Source: a virus
Taxonomy: Duplodnaviria; Caudoviricetes
IMG/VR virus record: IMGVR_UViG_3300033067_001518
Coordinates: 1 to 44,535 of that record
Strand: one strand, 5' to 3'
DNA: 44,535 bases
Shown piece after piece: positions 17,190-27,162 of the stretch. Every line of letters begins with the position of its first letter. Within the stretch, counting starts at the first letter, position 1. The notes below the pieces were generated by a model. That model ran no database searches. It was not told the DNA's origin and saw nothing but the letters and a program-made list of their open reading frames with translations. The translations under genes were made by a program, and so were the position numbers.

Positions 17190-18710
17190 ATGCGAGCAAT
17201 CCTATCAATATTGTTATTGGCTGCAATGCTTGCATCTCATGCAGTAGCAGCAACAACATACACAACAAATTATAATCTAGCAAAACCATCAGATGGATCT
17301 ACAACTTGGGGTGCAAGTATCCGTGATGATTTAGATACTATTGATGCACAGATGTTCATTAACTCAAATAGTATCTCATCACATATTACAGACACTACAG
17401 ATGCACATGATGCTAGTGCAATATCTTCAACAGCAGGACCACTTGTTTGTACTTCTTCGCTAGATGTTCAAAGCTATTTAAACTGTCTTGATAATGAGCT
17501 TGGAGTTTTAACCGGTGGTCAAGTTGTAACATTAAATACAACACAAACAATTACTGGTGCAAAAACATTTACTTCATTGATTCAAGTAAATAACGGAATT
17601 ACAGTAACAGGAACTACGACATTATCTAGTCTTTCAGATGGAGTTATGCATACTGTTGGTGGAATTGTTTCATCTTCTCCAATTGTTGATGCAGATTTAC
17701 TATTATCAGCACCAGACTTAGGAACTCCATCTGCACTAGTTGGAACAAATATTACAGGTACAGCTTCAGCACTAAACATTGGCGGTAATGCTGCTACAGC
17801 GACTACAGCATCAAATGTTACAACTAATGCAAATTTAACTGGAGAGGTTGTTTCTGTTGGAAATGCAACAACACTAGGATCATTTGCATCTTTAAGCTTA
17901 AGCTCTGCTCTTACAGATGAGACTGGATCTGGATCTGCAGTATTTTCTACATCTCCAACTTTAGTAACTCCAAATCTTGGAACACCAACAACATTGGTTG
18001 GTACAAATATTACAGGAACAGCCGCTTCTCTTAGCATTGGTGGAACATCCGATAACGTTACCGGTATAGTTGCAGTTGCAAATGGAGGAACTGGATTAGC
18101 TATATTAACATCAAACAATGTTATTTTAGGAAATGGAACATCTTCTCCAACATTTATTGCACCAGGAACAATGGGTAATGTTCTTACTTCAAATGGTACT
18201 ACATGGATTAGTTCTCCATCTGCTGGTGGTGGCGGTGGATCTTTACAGTGGATTGAGTCAGCAAATGCACCAATATCGTCAACAGACTCTGCAAATAACA
18301 GAGTGTTTTTATTTGAATCATCACTTGGTCAGAGTCTTTATGCATCTATAAAGGTTCCACAGACATATGTTTCTGGAAGCCAGATTAAAATGTATCTTCA
18401 GTTCTATAGTGCTGATTCAAGCGGAACTGCTTTGATGCAATCTATATCTACATTAATTAGAACAGGTACAGATACATTTTCAAACACAACGAATCAAAGA
18501 ACTTCTACAAATGCAGCAGTTACACTTAGTGGTGGTACTGTAGATATTCCACAGCAAGTTATTCTTGATTTAACATCAGCAACAGGACAAATTAATGGTG
18601 TATCTGTTTCTGCAGGAAATTATATTAACGTTAATTTAACAAGAGGTACGGATACTGCAACAAGTGACATTAGTTCACTAGTTTATAATGCAGAAGTTAC
18701 ATTCCAGTAG
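17190..18710 (+). CDS. Tail-fibre-like protein with predicted signal peptide
   Basis: MRAILSILLLAAMLASHAVA then TTNYNLAKP...WG...DTID; QTITGAKTF and VANGGTG fibre motifs; internal LGTP..LVGTNITGTA repeat. Confidence 0.8.
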   Translation: MRAILSILLLAAMLASHAVAATTYTTNYNLAKPSDGSTTWGASIRDDLDTIDAQMFINSNSISSHITDTTDAHDASAISSTAGPLVCTSSLDVQSYLNCLDNELGVLTGGQVVTLNTTQTITGAKTFTSLIQVNNGITVTGTTTLSSLSDGVMHTVGGIVSSSPIVDADLLLSAPDLGTPSALVGTNITGTASALNIGGNAATATTASNVTTNANLTGEVVSVGNATTLGSFASLSLSSALTDETGSGSAVFSTSPTLVTPNLGTPTTLVGTNITGTAASLSIGGTSDNVTGIVAVANGGTGLAILTSNNVILGNGTSSPTFIAPGTMGNVLTSNGTTWISSPSAGGGGGSLQWIESANAPISSTDSANNRVFLFESSLGQSLYASIKVPQTYVSGSQIKMYLQFYSADSSGTALMQSISTLIRTGTDTFSNTTNQRTSTNAAVTLSGGTVDIPQQVILDLTSATGQINGVSVSAGNYINVNLTRGTDTATSDISSLVYNAEVTFQ

Positions 18711-18718
18711 GAGATATT

Positions 18719-20497
18719 ATGAAGAATATTTTAAATACGATTTTAATCATTAGTCAGTTATGTATGTTTAATTCTGCAAATGCAGCATTAAATGAAACTG
18801 ACAGAGCAATTGTTGATAAAACAAGAAACATACTATTAAACCCTGGATTTGAAAACGGTAGAGCAAGTTGGACTGCTTCCGGCGGAGCTACCACAGCAGC
18901 CAACTCCACAGCTAAAGGAACAGGTGCATTAGGGTATGATTGGGATAGTAACTCTGCATCTCAAACACTTCAATCTACTTCTGTAACAATCCCTAATGGA
19001 CTACAATCTAAAAATGGTATGGCTTCATGCCAGATTAAGACTGTATCGGGTACAGCTACTCATACTATGATAGTGAATGATGGGACTACAGACATTGGTA
19101 CTCCATTAACAATTAATTCAAATACAGCAGCATTCCAAGAAACTAAGATTAACTTCGTATTTCCTGCGAGTGGAACGATTCGATTAAAACTAGCTTCCGT
19201 AAATGCAAACGAACCAGAAATTTACATTGATGATTGTAAGATCAGTTTAGCCGATAACATTTATGATGCTCCATTGGTTACTGCGTGGACTTCTTACACT
19301 CCTACGTTTACAGGTCTTGGCACAGTTACAGCTATTACTACTAAATATAGACGCGTTGGTGATTCGTTAAATATTATTGGTAATTTTACTATAGGTACTG
19401 TAGCTGGTTCTTTAGCTTCTTTGTCGCTACCGAGCGGATTAACAATTGATACCACTAAACTATCTGGTGCATCGACAAATCAATATATAGGTTTTGGGAT
19501 TACAGACTTAGCTACTGTAAACTCTACTAAAGATTTAGTTTTATTAGCATCTCCTTCAAATTCTTCTACCCTTGTTTACATGGGGCTTCCAGATTATTCT
19601 GCTACAGGATCAGCATTATCTCCTAAAAATGGTAATGCGTTATTTGCTAGTTCTTCTGTTATCTCTGTAGATATTACCGTTCCCATCCTCGGATGGTCAG
19701 CCGTTAGCGCAGTAAGCGCGGATCAGACGGATTACGGCGATACTTCGTATACACCTACATTTACAGGTTTTGGTACTGTTAGTTCAATCGAGTGCAAGCA
19801 CTCAAGAGTATCTAGTAATTTAAACATTATATGCAAATTTACATCGGGTGTATCAACAGCTACAGAAGCTAGAGTTTCATTACCAAACTCTTTAACTACA
19901 GCAGATACTACAAGAATTCCAAGTATACAAATATGTGGGGACTCAAGAAAGTCTGGTGTTACAACAACTGACTTCGGTATTAGATCTCCACTATGCACAG
20001 CTTCATTAACTTATTTAACCTTTGGTAAATCTACAAGTACTACTGCTCCGTTTGCATCTGGAAATGGTAGTGATCTAGTTTCTAATGGTGAGGTGTTTCA
20101 ATTTAATGCAACCATCCCCATCCAAGGCTGGTCATCTAATCAACGTGCTCCTACATTAGTGGGGAGTGTGACGAGTAATGCTACAAGCGCATTAAAACAA
20201 ACTTCAATCAGGCATACAACTTCTTGCACAACCGGAACCTGTGCTAGTGCTGCTGCTGATGGAATAACGTCATGTGCTTTTAGTTCAACTGGAGTTTACA
20301 ACTGCACAGTTACGACAGCATACTCATCTACACCTGATTGCTTATTTACAACAGTAAATGAAGCTGGAAACGTGTCGTTATGTAGACAAGACTACACAAA
20401 TTCTACATCAAGTAATATTAGGGTTAATTGCTTCACAACAGGAAGCACAACCGCTGTAAATACAGCTTGGTATATGCAATGTCAGGGGCCACGATAG
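18719..20497 (+). CDS. Multi-domain fibre/adhesin-like protein with predicted signal peptide
   Basis: NILLNPGFENG carbohydrate-binding-like start; two TSYTPTFTG.GTV...PI.GWS domains; 8-Cys C-terminal domain. Confidence 0.75.
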   Translation: MKNILNTILIISQLCMFNSANAALNETDRAIVDKTRNILLNPGFENGRASWTASGGATTAANSTAKGTGALGYDWDSNSASQTLQSTSVTIPNGLQSKNGMASCQIKTVSGTATHTMIVNDGTTDIGTPLTINSNTAAFQETKINFVFPASGTIRLKLASVNANEPEIYIDDCKISLADNIYDAPLVTAWTSYTPTFTGLGTVTAITTKYRRVGDSLNIIGNFTIGTVAGSLASLSLPSGLTIDTTKLSGASTNQYIGFGITDLATVNSTKDLVLLASPSNSSTLVYMGLPDYSATGSALSPKNGNALFASSSVISVDITVPILGWSAVSAVSADQTDYGDTSYTPTFTGFGTVSSIECKHSRVSSNLNIICKFTSGVSTATEARVSLPNSLTTADTTRIPSIQICGDSRKSGVTTTDFGIRSPLCTASLTYLTFGKSTSTTAPFASGNGSDLVSNGEVFQFNATIPIQGWSSNQRAPTLVGSVTSNATSALKQTSIRHTTSCTTGTCASAAADGITSCAFSSTGVYNCTVTTAYSSTPDCLFTTVNEAGNVSLCRQDYTNSTSSNIRVNCFTTGSTTAVNTAWYMQCQGPR

Positions 20498-20749
20498 ATG
20501 AAAAAACTAATATCCATTACTGAGCATACGAAGATAGAGTTGGGTTTAATCATAACTCTACTTTCTGTTTCAGCAGGGGGTTTAGTTTTTATTATAAGTG
20601 CGTTTGGAAAAATAGAGTCTCATGATGTAGAATTAAAGAGCATCAAAACAGAAGTCAGTGAATTTAGGTCAGTGGCAGAAGATGTAAGTTATTTAAGGGG
20701 GAGATTTGATGAGAAATTTCCGCCGAATATTAAAAGTGGTAATAGGTAG
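20498..20749 (+). CDS. Membrane protein with coiled coil (holin/antiholin-like)
   Basis: One hydrophobic segment, start of lysis cluster. Confidence 0.6.
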   Translation: MKKLISITEHTKIELGLIITLLSVSAGGLVFIISAFGKIESHDVELKSIKTEVSEFRSVAEDVSYLRGRFDEKFPPNIKSGNR

Positions 20750-20766
20750 TAAAAAAGGAGAATAAA

Positions 20767-20904
20767 ATGGAACAAGTTAATATTATGATGATTCTAGCTG
20801 TACTATTCGGAATTTCCGAATCATTGAGTATGATCCCACAGATCAAGGCTAATGGTGTATTTCAGCTTATCTTCAACGTTCTTAAAAGCTTTAAGAAGCA
20901 ATAA
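20767..20904 (+). CDS. 45-aa holin-like membrane protein (not in ORF track)
   Basis: AAGGAG SD; MEQVNIMMILAVLFGISESLSMIPQIKANGVFQLIFNVLKSFKKQ. Confidence 0.7.
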   Translation: MEQVNIMMILAVLFGISESLSMIPQIKANGVFQLIFNVLKSFKKQ

Positions 20905-21077
20905 TGACAGGAGCAGAGGTATTAGCTGTCATCACTGGATTTTTTAAATTCTTTCCAGAGGTTAGAAAGCTAATACTTATGCTTCAAAAGACACCAGAAG
21001 AGAAACGACAAGCTCGTCTTGAGATGGTGAATGTCATATTTGATGAGGTAATAAATGAAAATCGTCCAAAATGGTAA
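20904..21077 (+). CDS. 57-aa inner-spanin-like protein (not in ORF track)
   Basis: TAATG overlap; hydrophobic N-terminus then charged helix; overlaps downstream lipoprotein gene. Confidence 0.55.
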   Translation: MTGAEVLAVITGFFKFFPEVRKLILMLQKTPEEKRQARLEMVNVIFDEVINENRPKW

Positions 21078-21354
21078 ATCATTTGCAGTTGGATTTTTGT
21101 TTGCAATCACATTAATTGGATGTGCTGGAGTTACGTTTCCATACAAATGGTTTTATCCAGATCTTAAGTCATATGAAGGTATACTTATTGGTGATCGTCC
21201 ATCAAATGATCTAGATGCTTCAGAGTGCATAAAGGGATCTTCTGGTGAACATGGGTGTGTAGTTATGCTAAAGCCTGAATTTAAGGCCATGTATAATGAA
21301 TACCTTGATATGAAGCAAAAGATAATCACTCTTGAAAGGAACTGCCAGCAATGA
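21055..21354 (+). CDS. Lipoprotein, outer-spanin-like
   Basis: FAVGFLFAITLIGC lipobox, extra Cys, lysis-cluster position. Confidence 0.65.
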   Translation: MKIVQNGKSFAVGFLFAITLIGCAGVTFPYKWFYPDLKSYEGILIGDRPSNDLDASECIKGSSGEHGCVVMLKPEFKAMYNEYLDMKQKIITLERNCQQ

Positions 21355-21761
21355 ATTTAACCCTTACAAGAAAAACTTTCATAGAGAACGGTGTAATTGG
21401 TGAGTTAAATAGTGATGATGGTTTTATTTCTGTATGCCTTGAGAGAACATATCTTAAGAGTAAAAAGAGTAGACCAAAGGTTCCTGCTGGTACATACAAG
21501 TGCGTAAGAGGAATACATAGACTTCATGATAATGTTGATTTTGAGACATTTGAGGTTATGGGAGTTCCTGGGTGTACTGGTATATTAATCCATGTTGGTA
21601 ATTATTCAGAAGACAGTGATGGCTGTATTTTGATTGGATCTGCAGTTGGAAATAGATCAAATGGATCAAAGATGATAACTAGTAGTAAGCAAAAGTTTGC
21701 AGAGTTTATGGAAAGACAAAAAAGCGTGGATGAATTCACGTTAATAGTGGAGGCATTGTAA
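21351..21761 (+). CDS. DUF5675-like protein, candidate endolysin
   Basis: LER...VPAGTY...GILIHVGNYSEDSDGCILIG His/Cys motif (L,D-transpeptidase-like). Confidence 0.8.
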   Translation: MNLTLTRKTFIENGVIGELNSDDGFISVCLERTYLKSKKSRPKVPAGTYKCVRGIHRLHDNVDFETFEVMGVPGCTGILIHVGNYSEDSDGCILIGSAVGNRSNGSKMITSSKQKFAEFMERQKSVDEFTLIVEAL

Positions 21762-22753
21762 TGAGTGGACCATTTGGAAGTTCAAGTTTTGGTTCGGGAC
21801 CATTTTCTGGTTCTCCATTTTATAACACTAAGACATTGATTGATGCTGTACTTCAGAACACTGGTCACTCAAAACCAGCTACAGAGGTTGCAAAGAGAGC
21901 TGCTGTACTTAACTTTTTAAACAATAGATATTCAATTATATCCACAACTCAGCATTGGGATTGGCTGTATCAAGAAGTTGACACTCTTTTTAAAGAGCCT
22001 TACCAAGTTGGAACATTAAACTTAACAAAGGGTCAGCAAGCTATTACCGGTAACGGTACATCTTGGAGTGCTAATTTAATTCCATACAACTTCATTGTTA
22101 TTCCATCTCGTAATGAAACGTACATGATTCAAACTATTGAATCTAATGTTGCACTTACAATGGAAGGTCAGTATGCAGGTGAAACAGATACTGAAATTGG
22201 ATACATTGCAATCAAACCTGTTTATAGAATGCCTGATGATTTAGAAAGCATTCAAAGTATTCAGGTAGATAACGTTGGTGAATTAGTGCCAATGGGTCGT
22301 CAAGAATTTGCTAGAGTTAAGCAGTCAATGCCAGGACAGACCGGTATGCCTAGATGCTTTACTGAACTTTATCGTCGTGCAGAGGATAACGTTAGATACA
22401 TTGAGATTTATCCTGCTCCAGATAAGAACTATACAGCTAGACTTCATTACGGTGTTAATATTTTAAAGCTCGATGATAACGAGGACAGTATTCCACTAGT
22501 TCCAGATCGTCACAGAGCAATTCTTTATTATGGTGCTCTAGCAGATATGTATGCTTACATGAGAGATGTTAATTTGACTGTTACAGCTGAGGCTAACTTC
22601 AATGCAGCATTACTCAATATGAGAAATGATACTAAGATTACTGACTCTAGAATACAATTTACTCAAAAGAGAAATTACAGAAACAGAAGCAATAGACGCA
22701 AATCTGTAAGAGTTAGCTATAGTCCTAGCGACTTTGCGAGAGAAGAAGACTAA
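21761..22753 (+). CDS. Putative head-tail adaptor / tail tubular protein
   Basis: WDWL, YRMPDD, IEIYPAPDKNY, LVPDRHRAILYYGALA. Confidence 0.75.
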   Translation: MSGPFGSSSFGSGPFSGSPFYNTKTLIDAVLQNTGHSKPATEVAKRAAVLNFLNNRYSIISTTQHWDWLYQEVDTLFKEPYQVGTLNLTKGQQAITGNGTSWSANLIPYNFIVIPSRNETYMIQTIESNVALTMEGQYAGETDTEIGYIAIKPVYRMPDDLESIQSIQVDNVGELVPMGRQEFARVKQSMPGQTGMPRCFTELYRRAEDNVRYIEIYPAPDKNYTARLHYGVNILKLDDNEDSIPLVPDRHRAILYYGALADMYAYMRDVNLTVTAEANFNAALLNMRNDTKITDSRIQFTQKRNYRNRSNRRKSVRVSYSPSDFAREED

Positions 22754-24324
22754 TGCCATCAGCACCATTAACAGTTAAATTCCCATATATTGGAATGAAC
22801 GGTTTCAATGGTGGTTTATCGTCTGAAAATCCAATAATTGTTGAGCAAGGAAAACTTGTAATTGCTAACAATGTTCTTATTGGAACAATTCCAACTAAGC
22901 GTAAGCGAGGTGGCCAGGAAGCGTATAATACTGTAGCACTAGGATTATCTACATCTCCAATTAGAGGAATAGTTGAATACTGGAGAACAGCATTTGTTTC
23001 AGGATCACCTGTTAGCGATATATTTCTTCATCAAGGTGATAAGGTTTGGTCTATAGATGATAGGAATGCAGTAGCTGTAGATAGAACTGGATCTCTTACT
23101 CTAAGTGCTAATGCAATACCAAGTTACCAGCCTTTTCAGCAGACTCTTTATTTTTGTTCTACAGTAACTGCAGACGGTTACAATAAGTGGGATGGTGTTT
23201 CTGCAACAGCAGTAGCTGCAACTCCTCCTCCAGATGGAGTTGGCAAATATCTATGCTCTCATCTTGGAAGAATGATCATGGCAGGACAAGATGATTACCC
23301 TTTTAGACTGTATTTCTCTAGTTCTCTTGATGCAGAAGATTGGTCATCTATATCACCATCAAATGCAACTTCTCTTGATCTTGATGACAACGGAGATCCA
23401 GAAGGTATTACTGGTATTGTAAGTTTTCAGAATAGACTTTATGCTTTCACAAGAAGATCAATCTATGAAATTACAGGAACAACTCCAGATACATTTATAG
23501 TTCAAAGAATATCAAACGGTATTGGGTGCGTTTCACATGCATCTATTGTTTCAATCCCAAACGATGTTATTTTCGCGTCAGATCGCGGAGTTCATAGCTT
23601 AAAGCAGTTAGATGCAGGTAGACAGACAGAGACAAAGTTTGTATCTAGAGATATTCAAAGACTATGGACAGAACTTATTAATTATACAAGATTCAAGCAA
23701 TGCCAAGCTGCATACGATGAAAACATAAACTCATATATCATTACAGTTGTAAGCGGATCTGACATTGTTAATAGAGATATTCTTGTTTACAATATAGAAT
23801 TTGGAACATGGACTCAGTGGACAAATATAAATGCAAGATCAATATCAACAGTATTAATTGGGAATAAAAGAAAAATATTAATAGGATCAGAATCTGGAGG
23901 AGTTTCTTTACTTGGTGTTGAGACAAGACAAGACTTTGGCGCAGATTATTCAGCAGAATTTAAAACTGGAACATTATATCCTGGCGGAGATGTAACACTT
24001 CAGAGGCGCATATTGTCAATGACTGTTCTTGCATCTTCTAATTCAGCATCAACAATAGATGTTTCTTGGAATATAGATGGTATCAGAGGTGGAACCACAA
24101 CAATAGCACTTACTGCAGGTGAAGATTTACTTGGAACAACGTTTGTTTTGGGACAATCTATCCTTGGAATTGGTCAATATTTGCCGTACACTTTCACTAT
24201 TGATGAAGTTGGATATGGTATCCAGTTAGATTTTTTAATTCGCGGATCTGGAGATGTTGAAATCTACGGTTTCGTTTTGGAGGTTGATAATGCGAACGCT
24301 ATTTTTACTGCTGGGGCTTCTTAG
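22753..24324 (+). CDS. Putative tail nozzle/stabilisation protein (P22 gp10-like beta-propeller)
   Basis: FNGGL, KRKRGG, RLYFSS, GIGCVSHASI, FASDRGV; follows adaptor. Confidence 0.75.
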   Translation: MPSAPLTVKFPYIGMNGFNGGLSSENPIIVEQGKLVIANNVLIGTIPTKRKRGGQEAYNTVALGLSTSPIRGIVEYWRTAFVSGSPVSDIFLHQGDKVWSIDDRNAVAVDRTGSLTLSANAIPSYQPFQQTLYFCSTVTADGYNKWDGVSATAVAATPPPDGVGKYLCSHLGRMIMAGQDDYPFRLYFSSSLDAEDWSSISPSNATSLDLDDNGDPEGITGIVSFQNRLYAFTRRSIYEITGTTPDTFIVQRISNGIGCVSHASIVSIPNDVIFASDRGVHSLKQLDAGRQTETKFVSRDIQRLWTELINYTRFKQCQAAYDENINSYIITVVSGSDIVNRDILVYNIEFGTWTQWTNINARSISTVLIGNKRKILIGSESGGVSLLGVETRQDFGADYSAEFKTGTLYPGGDVTLQRRILSMTVLASSNSASTIDVSWNIDGIRGGTTTIALTAGEDLLGTTFVLGQSILGIGQYLPYTFTIDEVGYGIQLDFLIRGSGDVEIYGFVLEVDNANAIFTAGAS

Positions 24325-25192
24325 TTCTTTAAAATCTTACGGTGCAGTTTGTTCTAGGACTCTAACATTTGCAGATGGTTCAATATTAACTGCATCTCAG
24401 TTAAATAGTGAGTTTAATGCTATTACTAACTGTGCAAATGCTCTTGATAACTCAAACATAACAGATGCTGCAAATGTAAATCCAAAGAAAATTGATGCTG
24501 CTATTGCTGGAGATGGTATTGCAAGAAATGGATCAACTGGTGTACTTAGTGTAAACACTGATGATACAACAATAGAAAAAAATTCAGACACTCTTAGAGT
24601 TAAGGACTCAGGAATAACTCCTGCAAAAATTGCTGCAAACGCAGTTACAACATCTAAAATTCTAGATCAAAACGTAACAACAGCTAAGATAGAAGATGGA
24701 GCAATAACTAATGCAAAACTAAATGCATCAATTGTACTAGTTCCAGTTGGAACAATACTTCCTTTTGCTGGACCACTTGCTCCATCTGGATTCTTACTGT
24801 GTAATGGAACAAGTTATTTAAGGACTGATTATGCTGCGCTATTTGCAGTAATAAGTACATATTACGGATCAAGCAGTGGAACAACATTTAATGTTCCAGA
24901 CTTTAGAGGAAGATTTCTTCGTGGAGCAGACAGTGGAACAGGCAGAGATCCAGACGCATCTTCTAGAACTGCTATGAATCCAGGTGGATCAATAGGTGAT
25001 AGTTTGGGGTCTATTCAGTCTGATAGTTTTAGATCACACACTCACTCAGCATTTACACTAAATATAACAAACACAGGAAATGTATCTGATACATCATCAA
25101 GATATACGCAGGGTAGTGCTACAACAAGTGCATCTGGTGGTAGCGAAACCAGACCAATCAATGCAAACGTTAACTACATAATTAAATACTAA
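24290..25192 (+). CDS. Tail fibre with phage tail-collar domain and predicted signal peptide
   Basis: GGAGG SD before ATG 24290; VPVGTILPFAG...GFLLCNG...YAALFAVI...FNVPDFRGRFLRG; ETRPINANVNYIIKY; VTT.KI repeats. Confidence 0.88.
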   Translation: MRTLFLLLGLLSSLKSYGAVCSRTLTFADGSILTASQLNSEFNAITNCANALDNSNITDAANVNPKKIDAAIAGDGIARNGSTGVLSVNTDDTTIEKNSDTLRVKDSGITPAKIAANAVTTSKILDQNVTTAKIEDGAITNAKLNASIVLVPVGTILPFAGPLAPSGFLLCNGTSYLRTDYAALFAVISTYYGSSSGTTFNVPDFRGRFLRGADSGTGRDPDASSRTAMNPGGSIGDSLGSIQSDSFRSHTHSAFTLNITNTGNVSDTSSRYTQGSATTSASGGSETRPINANVNYIIKY

Positions 25193-25599
25193 TGAAATTC
25201 AATATCCTAGAAATATCAGACAACCATATACCAGAAATCATCAGATGGTTTGATGACCGTAAGTGGCCTTTGCCTGGTGTACCTGCAATTGGACCAAAGA
25301 TTGGTGCAGTAGCTGAGAACAATGGGGTAATTTACGCATGTGTTTACTCATATATTACTGGAACATCTGTTGCATTTTTAGAGTGGACAGCCACAAATCC
25401 AGATGTTCCACAAGATGATGCAATGAAGGCTTTTGATGATCTTCTATTTCACTTCAAAAAGATGTGTGAATTATCAAATCCAAAGGTAAGAGTTCTATGC
25501 TTGGTAACGCAAAGCGCAGCATTTGCATCAAGACTTAAAAAACATGGTTTTAAGATTCAAGAGGAATGTTATAAAGCTGTATGGACGTTAAAAGAATAG
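25192..25599 (+). CDS. GNAT-fold-like tail-module protein
   Basis: AFLEWTATNP...LKKHGF; position before ejection genes as in many podoviruses. Confidence 0.55.
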   Translation: MKFNILEISDNHIPEIIRWFDDRKWPLPGVPAIGPKIGAVAENNGVIYACVYSYITGTSVAFLEWTATNPDVPQDDAMKAFDDLLFHFKKMCELSNPKVRVLCLVTQSAAFASRLKKHGFKIQEECYKAVWTLKE

Positions 25600-25985
25600 T
25601 AAAGGGTGATCCCGAATATGACTTTTGCTATGCAAAAGCTACTGTTTGGTGGGACTTTTGGAAGTTCCCACCTCCTCCTATCGATTTTTTGCCAAACAAT
25701 ATGATCTGCGCTTACAATAAAGGTGTGCCAGTATGTGTAGGATTTCTTTATCATACCGATAGCAAGATTTCTTGGCTTGAATTTATTGTCGCTGATAATA
25801 AAGCAAGTAAAGTTGATAGAGCTAAAGGTATAGAAGATGTTCTTTCTGCTGCAAAAATATTAGCAAATTTGATGGGATTTGGATCTGTGTTCACAACATC
25901 TAAAAACCAAAGTTTGAATCATAAGCTTGAAAAACAATACATAAAAACAGACATGGGTGTAACCCACTTTGTAGGGAGAGTTTAA
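25581..25985 (+). CDS. GNAT-fold-like tail-module protein
   Basis: WWDFWKFPPPPIDFLP...GFLYHTDSKISWLEFIVAD. Confidence 0.6.
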   Translation: MDVKRIVKGDPEYDFCYAKATVWWDFWKFPPPPIDFLPNNMICAYNKGVPVCVGFLYHTDSKISWLEFIVADNKASKVDRAKGIEDVLSAAKILANLMGFGSVFTTSKNQSLNHKLEKQYIKTDMGVTHFVGRV

Positions 25986-25986
25986 A

Positions 25987-27162
25987 ATGCCAGCATTAAC
26001 TTCAATAGCATTAGGAGCAGCAGGAGCGATTGGTGGAGCAATTGCTGGTGGTGAAGATGAAACAACTACAACAAAGAAATATATTCCACCTGCATCTCAA
26101 CAAGAGTTAGACCTTCAAAAGAAAAGCATGGAGTCTTATCTTCAGCAATTAAATCTTGCTCAACAAGGTGAGGCAGGAATTGCAGGAGGACAAGGAGTTC
26201 AGGATGCATCTCGTAATTCATTAGAAAGTATTCTCGGTGGTCAGGCATTTAATATTAGTCCAGAACAACAAGCACAAGTTCAAGCAATTAGAGATGCTGC
26301 TGTTCAATCTGGAACTGGTGATATTCAGAACTTTGTAAATCAGAACTTATCAAACATCAGTAACTCTGCAGGTGTTCGTGGACTTCGTGGTCAAGCATTA
26401 TCAGAACTTCAAGGAAGATCAATTGGTGAGGGTGCTCGTGCAATTGGAAATCTTTCTTCACAAGCAAATCTAACAGCTGCTCAACAGTCTTTGGATGTTC
26501 CATATAGACAAGCATCACTTCAGGGTGGAATAGCAAACCAAAATGCTAACTTTATGGAAAGACTTAGACAACAAGCAATTGAGAATCGTCAACAGCTTCA
26601 AAATCCAGTGTTAATGCAATCAATGCAAAATGAAAGACTTGGACAGGCTACACAAACAAGCACAACTCCAGGTAGTGTTGGTAAAGCAATTGGTGGAGCA
26701 CTTGGTGGTTTAGGATCTGGATTTTCAACTGGTGCTGGAATTTCAAAAGGACTTAGTGATCTTGGTGGTAGTGATTACAACAGCTCTGGTGGTGGAGTTA
26801 AATACGCAATGGCGCATGGTGGTCGCGTTCCAGATCAAGATCGTAAATGGACTCCACAGGAAGTTGAGCAATTCAAGAAAGGTTACAATGCACCAAGTGG
26901 AGGTGCTGTGACTAGTGCATTGAGAGATCTGTTCACTTTTAATGATGATAAAGAAAAAGAAGATAACTATGCTCGTGGTGGTAAGGTTGAAGGAACAGCA
27001 CATTTTCGCGGAGACACAGAAGCAAACGATACAGTTCATGCAAAACTATCTCCAGGTGAAATTGTAATTCCAAGATCATTCGCACATGATCCAGACTTAT
27101 CAAAAGCATTTATTAACTACCTTCATAAGAAAGAAAAAGAATCTAAGAAGGAGCAATCATAA
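25987..27162 (+). CDS. Putative DNA ejection/pilot protein
   Basis: Gly/Ala hydrophobic N-terminus, Gln-rich helices, GG-rich patch. Confidence 0.7.
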   Translation: MPALTSIALGAAGAIGGAIAGGEDETTTTKKYIPPASQQELDLQKKSMESYLQQLNLAQQGEAGIAGGQGVQDASRNSLESILGGQAFNISPEQQAQVQAIRDAAVQSGTGDIQNFVNQNLSNISNSAGVRGLRGQALSELQGRSIGEGARAIGNLSSQANLTAAQQSLDVPYRQASLQGGIANQNANFMERLRQQAIENRQQLQNPVLMQSMQNERLGQATQTSTTPGSVGKAIGGALGGLGSGFSTGAGISKGLSDLGGSDYNSSGGGVKYAMAHGGRVPDQDRKWTPQEVEQFKKGYNAPSGGAVTSALRDLFTFNDDKEKEDNYARGGKVEGTAHFRGDTEANDTVHAKLSPGEIVIPRSFAHDPDLSKAFINYLHKKEKESKKEQS

